The notes under the pieces were generated by a model that searched no databases, was not told the origin of the DNA, and worked only from the letters and a program-made list of their open reading frames with translations. A stretch of 64,000 nucleotides of DNA, from NCBI GenBank assembly GCA_000004695.1, contig CM000155.2, positions 608,001 to 672,000 of the forward strand, given 5' to 3'. This document shows positions 12,919 to 33,378 of the stretch, one piece after another. The stretch is from Dictyostelium discoideum. Lineage: Eukaryota. Within the stretch, counting starts at the first letter, position 1. Each line of letters begins with the position of its first letter. A program made the translations under genes and the position numbers.

Positions 12919-13509
12919 ATGTTGGTGAATAATATTTTTCAAGATTTATAAAATGTAGTAGATTATTAATTTTTTGCTTTTAAAAATAGGTCCAAAGTCA
13001 CTTTTAAAATCACTTTAACATCAGATCCAAAATTACCATTTAGAGTGTAAATTATTATTATCATTATTATTAATAATATTATTAATATTAATATTAATAT
13101 ACTAATCTTTTTTTTTTTTTTAGAATTAATGTTACAGAAGATACACCATTTACAGCAGTTTTAAGATTTGCATGTGAACAAGTAAGAATAAAGAATTTTT
13201 TAAGATTTTCTTTTTTTTTTTTTTTTCAAGGTTATACTAATTTTTTATTACTATCATATAGTTTAATGTCCCATGGCAAACATCAGCAATTATTACAAAT
13301 GATGGTATTGGAATTAACCCAGCACAAACAAGTGGTAATATATTCCTTAAAAATGGTTCAGATTTAAGAGTAAATATAAACTTCACCCTTTTTATTTATA
13401 TTTTTTTTTTATATTAATAATAACTAATTTTTATTTTATCTTTATTATTATTTTTTTTTTTAAAAAAAAAAAAAAGTTAATTCCAAGAGATAGAGTTGGT
13501 GGTTTATAA
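12919..13509 (+). CDS. ufm1: Ubiquitin-fold modifier 1 (UFM1).
   Basis: Exons: 12990-13046 ([19 protein letters not shown]), 13124-13181 ([19 protein letters not shown]), 13262-13369 ([36 protein letters not shown]) and 13477-13509 ([10 protein letters not shown]). The start codon is apparently split (AT at 12919-12920, then an intron, then G at 12990). This is tentative. Confidence 0.8.
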
Positions 13510-13819
13510 ATAATAAAAAAATATAAAATAAAAAAATAAAATAAAAAAATCTGTAAAAAGTAAATTTAAATAATAAAGAAAAGAAAAGAAAAGAAAAGAA
13601 AAGAAAATAGTTATTTTAATCTCATCATGATTTTAAAAGATAACCATTATTTGGTTGTTAATAATTTAAAAATATTAAATAATTATTAAAATTCAAATTC
13701 CAATTTAATTATTAAAAAAATATTAATAATAATAATAATATACTAAAAAAATAATAATAAAGAAAAATGTTGATAAATATTTATTTTTTAAATTTTTATT
13801 ATTATTTATTATAATTATT

Positions 13820-16284
13820 TTAATTAATTGATAAAATTGATTTATATAATAAAGGATAATGAGTTTTTAAAGAACTCATTTTTATATCACTATTAAATGT
13901 GAAATTAATTAATGAATCATTGTTTGGATAAATACGAAACTCGTTAAAAATGAATGACCAAACTTTAAAGTTTGTAGGATTTTCAATTGAATTTTGAAAC
14001 TTTTGAAATATTTGATAACCAGATTTAGTGGTTGAGACTGAAGCTTTGATAAGGTACCATTGACTTTTTAATAAATATTCCATTAATACTTGATTATTTA
14101 ATATCCATTCAATATTATGTAGTTTGAATTTTGGTTCTGTAAAAGTCAATATATTCAAAGAAAATAATTTAATATTTTCAATTGAATTTTGACAAAAATC
14201 ACACCAATTGTCAATTATAAATTGGTAACAATCAATATCATACTTTTGATTTGTTAATAGTAATTGACTATAATTTATAGTGAAATTATAATATTCTGTT
14301 GGGTATTTACATTTGATATGAATTGCAAATTTTTGATTAAATTTAATGAAATAAATGATAGCATCACTGAATAAATGATGACCATTTTTATTCTTTAATT
14401 CTTTTATTTCTACTAATGGGAATAAATTATAAATTTGATCAAACATTTCAATTGATTTAAATTTACAAATGATATTTGTTGAAAAGAAATTAAAATTACC
14501 AACATCAACACCACCACCACCACAATAAACTTCATTTTGTTGAATTTCTTTATTTTTAAATTCATTAATTGCCAAATTCAAATATTCAAAATTATCACAA
14601 TCTATACAAAATTCAATAATATCGAAATAAGAATTTTGTCTTTTCTTTTGATCTTTTTGATTACTTAATGTTTGAAATGAATTTTTTAAAAATGATAATC
14701 TTGAATTATGTTGATCATGATCATCATTCATTACAACAGTTGAAAATTCAAATATCTTATTATTAAATCCTCTTGAATTATTTTGTTTAAAACAATTAAT
14801 TCTTAAATGAGAATTTATATGTTCATTTGAATCAAAATCACCAAATTGAAATCTATTAAATGAAAATTGTAAATCATCTTCTTTAAAATTTAAAAATAAT
14901 TTACTATATTTTGCTTTATAGAATAAATAATTTTTAAATAATTTAAATTCACCTTTAACCTCTTTTAAACCTATGAAATACATTAACCAAGAGTATAACT
15001 TTTTAACTCTTTTATCTTTTGATGAAAAATTACCAACAATTTGTTTCAATTCATCATTTGTAAATGTTGATTTAATTTCATTAAATTCAAACATTGTTAA
15101 TTTTACATTCAATGATGATGATGATTCATTTTCAATTTGATTAATTATTGTAACATTATTATTATCTTTTAATTTTAATATTAAATTTAAATATTGTTGT
15201 TGTGATGAATTATATAATAATAAAGATTGACAACAATTTAAAATAGTTTCTAAATTTTCTTTAAAAATAAAAAAATCAAAAAATAATAATAATTTACAAT
15301 TTTGATTTTTTGGTTTTTTTAATTTTAATTGATTTTCTAATAATTCAATTCTATTTTTAATTAAATTTGATATATATTCATTATTATTATTATTATTATT
15401 ATAATTATAATTATTTTTACTACCTCTATTAAAATCTGAAATTGAAATATTCCAAAATGACTCATATCAGATTTATCAATATCATAATCAAATGTTTGAT
15501 ATAAATAATTTGCAACTTTATTTGAACCAAGTTTAATTGATTCTATAAATTGTGAAAATCTAGTTAAATGATAATATTGTTCAACTAAAATATTCATTAA
15601 TATTACACTATCCAATTCAATTGAAATGGTTTCTAATATTGTTTTTAATTTACTTGATAAAATTAATTGTTTACCACCATTGTGGTGTTCTTCTTCCACA
15701 ACTAAATTATCCTTTATATAATTTGAAATTATTATTTTATCTTTACCTCCATCATCAAGATTTTCATCATTTTTAAATATTTTAAAAAATGGGTATAATA
15801 AATTATAATCAATATTACTATCACCATATAAATGTTCATTTCTATTGATTTTAAATTTTAATAAATCAATATATCCATATTTTATCATCCAACCCATACT
15901 AATAACTTGGTCATATGAAAAAACACCCAATTTAAATGATGATTTTAATAAACTAAATATTTTAAAATTTAAAAATACATTTCTATAAACTTTCCAAAAT
16001 AAAATTTCATTTTTATTATTATTTTTATTATTATTATTATTATCATTTTGTGTATTACTAATAATATTTAAATTTCCTATTTTATTTGATAGTTGTTGTT
16101 GTTGTTGAATAAAATCATAATTATCATTTTTTTTATTATTTTTTTTTTGAGAATTTCTTTTTTTTGGAATTTCTTTTTCAAGTCTTGCCATTTCTTTACA
16201 GAAAGCGTCTTCCTCCTCTTCTCTTTTTTTCTTCCTTTTTTCATTTTCTATCTTTGAGTTTTTTGATGTTTGTTTTAATGTCAT
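13820..16284 (-). CDS. Hypothetical Asn/Lys-rich protein. Two ORF-track ORFs (16284-15361 and 15112-13820) belong to one gene.
   Basis: The frame of the downstream ORF stays open upstream through ...NEYISNLIKNRIELLENQLKLKKPKNQNCK... into the (ATA)n tract at ~15385-15410. There the frame shifts by +1 relative to the upstream ORF. This is an indel in the microsatellite or a micro-intron. No recognisable domain. Confidence 0.5.
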
Positions 16285-16701
16285 TCTTTTTTAACAATAA
16301 AAGAAAAATTAAAAAAAAAAAAAAAAAAATTTAATTTGCCACAAGAAAAATTATTCTTTTTTTTTTCAGGATTTTTTATTCTTTGAAAATTAAACAAAAA
16401 AAAATAAAAATAAGTTATTTTTACACCCAACCAAAGAAAAATCTTTTTTTTTTTTGTTTTATAAATATTAATACAATTTTTTACTTTATTCAATAAAATA
16501 CCTAGAATCCTTTAAGGAATATATTTAATAAAAAGTGATTGCATACTTTTTTTTTTTTTTTGATTTTGTTCTTTTTGGGTTTTTTTTTTTTTTTTTTTTT
16601 TTTTTTTGGTTGACTAAGAAAAAGACCAAATTTAAAAATAAAAAAAAATCTTTTGTTTTTGTTTTTCTTTTCTTTTATTTGAAGATTAGTTTATTAAATA
16701 A

Positions 16702-21217
<4,516 letters not shown>

Positions 21218-21461
21218 CTTTTTTCTGTTGCTTATATGTGATTTATGCTAGTTTTTTTATTTTTTTTTTTTTTGGAAAAAAAAAAAAAAAAAATTATTTC
21301 CTAATGAACTAAATTATATTTAAAATATATTTTTGATTAATACAATAAATGATGAAGGGATTTATTTTTTTTTTTTTTTTTTTGTGTGTGTTGGTGTGAA
21401 AATTTAAAAAAAAATAAAAAAAATAAAAAAATAGAGTTGATGGTTTTTTTTTTTTTGTTTT

Positions 21462-21497
<36 letters not shown>

Positions 21498-21525
21498 TTT
21501 AATTATTTTTATTATTATTTTATTA

Positions 21526-21603
<78 letters not shown>

Positions 21604-21686
21604 TTATTATTATTATTTTATTTTAAAAATTATTATTATTTATGTAACTCTTTATTTAACAATTAAAAAAAATTAAATAAATTAAA

Positions 21687-21893
21687 TGTTGTAGGGAATT
21701 TTCAATAAAATTTCACTACAGTAGCGTAGTGAATTTTATTATTTAATTTCACTACAGTAGCGTAGTGAAAAAAAAAAATCACTGACCTTAAATGTTGTAG
21801 GGAATTTTCAATAAAATTTCACTACAGTAGCGTAGTGAATTTTATTATTTAATTTCACTACAGTAGCGTAGTGAAAAAAAAAAATCACTGACC
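21687..21893. repeat. Tdd-4 left terminal inverted repeat, two tandem ~101-bp units.
   Basis: Direct tandem duplication visible. Each unit contains two cactacagtagcgtagtg hairpin motifs. Confidence 0.8.
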
Positions 21894-22069
21894 CTAAATT
21901 TTTTTTTTTTTCAAAAAACAAATAAAGTTTATTAAATTATTATCTTTTATTTGATTATTAGTTCTATTTAAGTTTTTTTATTTTTTTTTTTTTTAATTTA
22001 ATTTTTTTTTTTTTTATTTTATTTTTTTTTTTTTTTTTGCGCCAAAACTTTTTTTTTTTTTCCCCAACA

Positions 22070-22104
<35 letters not shown>

Positions 22105-22119
22105 TTTCATTTTCCCAAA

Positions 22120-24617
22120 ATGAAACAAGATAAAATAAATGAAATTATAAATTATTTAAAATTTATTGAAGATAATAATTTTGAAAATACTAAACATAAA
22201 AATTATAAATTTTTACATGATGAGTAAATATTTTTCCTTACAATAACACAATCATTTTTTAAATTCTGACCAATAAAAAACAGAAACAGAAAAGAAAAAT
22301 TATTTAGAATTGAAAAAAAAGTCATGAATTGTGGCGGAGATAGAAATATATCAAAAGAAGTGTGTTTAGAAGTAATTAATGATTATAGAATGGTATCACT
22401 CTGGGAAGAAATGCATAAAGGTCATATAGGAAGAGATGCAACCTATGGGAACTACAAGACTAAATATTATAATATGGGATTGTATTCTTTTGTATCTGAT
22501 GCAGTAGATACGTGTGACATTTGCCAACGAAATAGAATAAAAGGTTTGGTATCAATCATTTTTATATGATGTTTTGTAACTTTTATATTAAAACTCTTTT
22601 AATAATTTAAATAAATTAATAGGTATAACAAAGGATTTTGCTCCAATTGTAGATACCGAGGAATACTCAAGATTGGTTTATGATTTAACATCAATTAAAG
22701 GTGAACATAAAGAAAAAGTTACATACGATGATGATAATGAAAAGATACTAACTAAACTAGATGATCTTATCCAATATGACTCTGTACAACCGTACGACAC
22801 CGATGTTGTTTACATTATTCTATGCATAGATTCTTTTACAAAATTTGCTACTGGAAGGTATTTATTTTTTATTTATTAATTTATTAGTTTTCTTTTTTTA
22901 TTTTAATTATCATTTATTTTTTAGATGTTTGACAACAAAGAGAACAGTTCCCATATACAATTTTTTGGCTCTCACGTACTTTGGCAAACCTGTGAAAGTA
23001 TGGCACTGCGATAATGGACGTGAATTTAAAAACAAAGTCCAAAAAGAATTCCTAAAACTTTTTCCAGGCTCCAAGTCAGCACATGGAGCTCCTCGTACAC
23101 CAACAACTCAAGGTATGGTAGAAAGATTGAATCGAACTATCAAGGAGAGGATCTCAAAATTAAAACAACAAGAGTATGATATTGTGAACAATATAAATTA
23201 TCGATATGTTTATTAATTAATCATTTATAAATAAATTTTAGTTTTCTTGATGGTACTTCTAGGTCTCTTTCTGAACTATTAAAACAAGCTTTGTATGATT
23301 ACAATAATACAAAAACAAGAACAATTAAAATGACACCATCTCAAGCTGTTGGTATTGTTCCTTTGTTTATTAATGTTCAATCAGAACAAGACTCTCAATC
23401 AATTGGTGTTTCAGATGTTTCAAAAGAAGAAAGAACAGCTATTATTCTTGAAAATCTCACAAGTTACCAAAATCAATGGAATTCAAAACCACCAAAGGGA
23501 TTGAAAGTTGGTGATACTGTACTCTTTCTAGAAATTAAAAAAAATAATGTAAGTAATTAAAACATAAAGATTAATAATATATGAAACAGTAATAATTAAC
23601 AAATTTTATATTTAATTCTAATAGAAAATATTGATTTTGTGTAAAATTCATAAGGTAATACAGGAAGACACTAAACAACTTTATAAACTTGAATTTTTGG
23701 AAGATGGAATCAATAGCCTTCAAAAAAAAGGTTTATACTCTGGTTTTGTAGGAGGTAACAAGTTGGTTCTTTATAAACAATCAACAGTTGATATTTTTAG
23801 AACATCGCCAAACATACAAAAAGATATTGATTCTTTTACTTCTGGTCTTTATTTAAATAATGATGGGAAAGTTATTGAATTTCTGGTTCAGTTTATTAAA
23901 AATCTTGGTAAGGATTTATCCAATTTCAACTTGCATCAATTGGTAACACAAAATGATCCATTTAGGGTTTTGGAAGATGCTCTTAACAATCCATCAAATA
24001 TTCCACCTATCATTAACGATAATCCATTTCAACACAAACTCAATAATGAAATGGAACAAGAAGAAATACTCCCATTTTTAAATAATAATCCAACAGCGCC
24101 AAATTTAATGAATTGTTTGAGAAAGGATATGAATTTAAAAGAAATAGTACCACCAATACCTCAAGTGCAAATAATACCATCGTATACTATACCACAATCT
24201 GGTAGTGGTATAGTAACAACTGTTAAACGTCTCAGAGGCCGTCCTCATAAGATACCAATTGTTAATAAACCTCCTTTAAAATCACATTCTAAACCATCCA
24301 AATCACCTCTCAAATCACCATCCATTTCACCTTCCAATTCACCATTTAAATCACCATTTAAATCACCTTCCAAATCACCATTTAAATCACCTTCCAAATC
24401 ACCATCCATTTCACCTTCCAATTCACCATTTAAATCACCTTCCAATTCACCTTTTAAATCACCATTTAAATCACCTTCCAAATCACCATCAATAGGAAAA
24501 ATCGTTAATGTGATACCTTCAAAAAAAGTTGCAAAAACAAAGTTAACAAGGACACAAAAATTAGAACTTGATTTGGTTGCAATTAATAGAAGGGGGTATG
24601 GGGAAATTAGAAAATAA
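22120..24617 (+). CDS. Tdd-4 transposase, integrase-like (HHCC zinc finger, DDE core, SPXX tail), ~6 exons.
   Basis: Approximate exons: 22120-22231 (MKQDKINEI...), 22324-22545 (HKGHIG...CDICQRNR), 22622-22859 (...ILCIDSFTKF), 22925-23185 (WHCDNGREF...GMVERLNRTIKE), 23247-23548, and 23623-24617 (SPFKSPFKSPSKSP... x15). Exact splice sites were not all resolved. Confidence 0.7.
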
Positions 24618-25438
24618 AAACAAGTGGCCAAATCAAAAAAACAAAAAAAACACAAATCAACACAAAAAATTAAAAAAAAAAAAAAAAAATTAAAAATTAA
24701 AAAAAAAAAAAATTGAAAAAAATAAAAAAAAATTACATTTGTTAAAAAAAATAAAAAAAAATAAAAAAAAATAAAACTTAAAAAAAATTGAAAAAACAAA
24801 ATAAAAAAAAAAAATTGAAAAAACAAAATAAAAAAAAATTTCAAAAAAAAAGAATGATCGAAGAATTAATAGATTCGATAAAACTCTTAAAAAATTTAGC
24901 CATTGAATATGGCAATGAAGAATAGTTAGATTCAGAGGAAAATTTGACTAAATTCCTCGAAAAAGCAGCCAAAGTACTATATGTAAATAGGGGGGATGCT
25001 TTAATCGTTAAAAATTCAAATATGATGTTAGAAGCATTAGAATTAAAATCAAAACAATTTCCCCAACATTGTGTAAAAACTGTAATAAAAAACGAATAAT
25101 ATTTGGACTTTTTTGTATACAAAGGAAAATGCAAAAACATCAAATGCACCAGAGGTAACAAAGCTAGAAAAAATTCAATTGGGTGCAGTGTTTACAGTGA
25201 TATGGTAAATCAAGCAATTGAACAACTCAGGGAGTTAATAAAAATAAATCAATAAAAATAAATTAAAAAAAAAAAAATTGAAAAAAAAAGCAAATTAACC
25301 TTAATGATCAATGANNNNNNNNNNNNNNNNNNNNNNNNNNNNNNNNNNNNNNNNNNNNNNNNNNNNNNNNNNNNNNNNNNNNNNNNNNNNNNNNNNNNNN
25401 NNNNNNNNNNNNNNAAAAATTTTAAAAAAAAAAATTTG

Positions 25439-25477
<39 letters not shown>

Positions 25478-25577
25478 AACAATAATTTTAATAAAAATAA
25501 ATAAAATAATAATTAAAACAAAAAATAAAATTTCAATTTAATAAACTTTTTTTGTTTTTTGAAAAAAAAAAAAATTT

Positions 25578-25680
25578 AAGGTCAGGGATTTTTTTTTTTC
25601 CCTACGCTCCTGTAGGGAAATTAAATAATAAAATTCCCTCCGCTCCTGTAGGGAAATTTTTTGGAAAATTCCCTCCCCCC
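25578..25680. repeat. Tdd-4 right terminal inverted repeat.
   Basis: Its reverse complement aligns to the left unit, with A/T to C/G substitutions in both arms of each hairpin motif. Confidence 0.8.
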
Positions 25681-25684
25681 TTAA

Positions 25685-25716
<32 letters not shown>

Positions 25717-25812
25717 AAAGAAAAACGATGGGGCCAAGATTTTTTTAAAACACATAAAATCTAATTGAGATTTGATCAAATAAATAACCCAATAACTGAC
25801 ACCACAAAAAAC

Positions 25813-25846
<34 letters not shown>

Positions 25847-26016
25847 CCAACCTCTTTTTTTTTTTATGTCCAATTTATTAATTTTCGAAATACTTTTATT
25901 TGATATAATGATTTATTTATTAAACTGTGCACAATATGATCTATATTTATTTTATTATTATTATTATTATTATTATTGATATATTCATTTATAAAATTGG
26001 AACATAAATCAAATAT

Positions 26017-26077
<61 letters not shown>

Positions 26078-27647
26078 AAAAACGTTGTAAAAAAAAATAA
26101 TATTAATAATATTAAAAAAAAAAAAAACAAACAAATAAACCCAACCAATAATAGGAAAAAAAAAAAAAAAAAAATGATAAATAAAAAAAAAAATAATATT
26201 AATAAAATTAGATGTTTTGGTTATTTATGTTGTGTGGTGGTGAGAGGTGTGTTTGTGTGTGTTAAGTTTTTTTTTTTTTTTTTTTTTTTTCTATTCATTT
26301 TTTTTTTTTCTTTTGTGTTGATAATCACATTGAAAGGTGATTTCAAAAATATTGTTATTGTTGTGATAGTGGTTGAATATAAATAAATAGAGTTTGGGGT
26401 ATTATAATGTGGTGGTGGTGGTGGTGGTGGAGTTTTGTGTTGTTGGTCTGCTTGAAGTTTATATAAATAAAAACAATTGTAATTTATGAAGGAGGAGAAG
26501 GATTTAAATTGAATGTAAAGATTATATTTGATTTCAGTTTTTTATTTAAATGTCTATATGAAGGGAAATTATTATTTATTTTTTTATTTATTTTTTTATT
26601 TATTTATTTATTTATTTTTTTATTTATTTTTTTTTTATTTTTTTTTTTTATAATATAATGCTTTACTATTCAAAGGTTATATGTGGTCGCATTACTACAA
26701 TAATCAAGTATCACAGATAATTTAAAAAACAAAAATGAAAAAAATAAAAATAAAAAATAATAAAATTAAAATAAAAAAAAAATAAAAAAAAAAACAATAA
26801 AGAAAAAAACAAAATAAAATAAAAATAGAAAGGGATGTGTTAAATGAATAGACATACTGACTTAGTTTTTTTTATTTTTTTTTTTTTTTTTATTTATTAA
26901 ATAAGTGCATATATGTATTATTATTATTTTTTTTTTTTTATTTTTTTTTTTTTATTTATTTTAAAAATTATATGCAAAAGTATAAAATAATTATTTGAAA
27001 CTAAATACTATGTTTAAGAATTTTTTTTTTTTTTTTTTTTAAAAAAATTATTATTATTTTATTAAAAATAGGAAATAAAAAAAATAAGAATTTATAAATA
27101 ATTCTTTGAAATCATACGAATATTTTTTTTTTTTTTTACCTTTTTTTTATTTTTTTTATTTTTTTATTTTTTTTGTTTTTTTTTTATCCAAGTTATTTGA
27201 TCAAATGTGAATATACTAAAAATATGTATAAATGAATATAAGTGTTTAATCAAATAGTTAAAAATATATTATAATCTGCAATGGACAAAAAAAAAAATTC
27301 GATCAATATTAGATGTGTAGATGTGAGTATAAAAAAAAAAATAAAAAAAAAAAAAAAATAAAAAAAAAAAGAAAAAAAAAAAAGAAAAAAAATAAAAAAA
27401 AAAAAAAAAAGAAAAAAAAAAATTTACCGTTTTTTATTTGAAAATTTTGGCAAATTTAAAATACGAGCACGAGCTTTTTCAACAATGTAACGCTTTTTTA
27501 GCCCATTTTTAATTAATTAATATCATTTTAGATTTTTTTCATTATTTTGTTTTTGTTTTGTTTTATTTTTTTTCTTTTTTTTTTTTTTTTTTTTTTTTTT
27601 TTCCAAAGACCCATTTTTTTTTTTTAAATGAATTAATACCAAATTTC

Positions 27648-27688
<41 letters not shown>

Positions 27689-28377
27689 CCCCTTTTTTTT
27701 TTTTTTATTTTTTTAATTTGTCAAATTGTTTTGATATTAAAAAAAAAAAATTTAAGTGGTAATTAAAAATTTGGGAATTGGTTTTTTTTTTTTTTTTTTT
27801 TTCTTTTCAAACCACAGTGATAAAAAACAATTCAAGAATTGTTTTATTTGAGAATCACCAAATAATTTTTAAAGGATAGATTTACAAATCAAGTGAATGA
27901 TTTCATATCAAATATAAATTAAGATTGTAACATAATATGGATAAGTTTTATTATTCTGGGTGATTAAAAAAAAAAAAAAAAAAAAAAATTGTTATTTTTT
28001 TTTTTCTAGTTTTTTTTTTTTTTCCATACTTGGTACCAAATACTCAAATTTTAAATCAAGAAAAATAAAAAAAATATTTAAATGAGCTCAAACCTTTTTT
28101 TTAAGCAACAAACCTTTTTAAAAAGATATTTTTTTATTTTTTTTTTTTAAAAAATAAAAAAAATAAAAAAAAAAAAAATAAAAAAAAAATAAAAAAAATT
28201 AGTTTTTTGGAAGTCTCTTAAGAAAAATTAAAATAAAAAAAAATAAAAAAAATAAAATTAAAAATAAAAAGTCGTTGTTATAATTATAATTTATCTTTAT
28301 TTTTTTTTTATTATTTTTTTTATTATTTTTTTATTATTTTTTTTATATTAAACTTTTTTTTATATATAAAATTGTAG

Positions 28378-28408
<31 letters not shown>

Positions 28409-28471
28409 AAAAAAAACTGGGGCCAAATTTTAAAAATAATAATAATAATAAAAATAATAATAAAAGTAATA

Positions 28472-28515
<44 letters not shown>

Positions 28516-28557
28516 AACAAATAACACACATGCATTCACGCCAACACTGAACAAATA

Positions 28558-33010
<4,453 letters not shown>

Positions 33011-33044
33011 TAATAAAAATAAATATCAAAAATAAATTTAAAAT

Positions 33045-33080
<36 letters not shown>

Positions 33081-33119
33081 AGGAAATAATCATAAAATCA
33101 TATGTAGTTGATTTTTTTT

Positions 33120-33173
<54 letters not shown>

Positions 33174-33378
33174 TTTTTATAATATAATTAATTTATTAGT
33201 TTTGGAGTAAAGAGAAATAAGGAAAAAAAAAAGTGGAAAAAAAAAAAAGTTCTGCCCAGCATTTTTTTTTTTTTTTTTTTTTTTCACTTTTTTTTTTTCA
33301 CTTTTTTTTTTTTTTTATACGAAAGAATGTTTTTATTTTTTTTTATTTAAATATTTGTGTAATAACTTAATAAAATAA

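Larger units (their letters stand above)
21687..25680 (+). mobile_element. Tdd-4 DNA transposon, complete, with terminal inverted repeats.
   Basis: Left terminal unit (tgttgtagggaattttc...cactacagtagcgtagtg...atcactgacc) is tandemly duplicated at 21687-21787 and 21793-21893. The inverted copy is at 25578-25680 (ggtcaggg...ccctacgctcctgtaggg...). The internal multi-intron gene encodes an HHCC plus DDE integrase-like transposase with a C-terminal SPXX repeat tail, which matches the published Tdd-4 description. Length is ~3.8 kb once the gap placeholder and the duplicated repeat unit are discounted. Confidence 0.8.

Noticed and set aside
24841-25161. Minus-strand 106-aa ORF inside Tdd-4, a candidate for a second transposon protein.
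   Set aside because: No motif, a low-complexity hydrophobic translation, and the plus strand over the same span is closed. Tdd-4 is described as encoding its proteins from one spliced gene.
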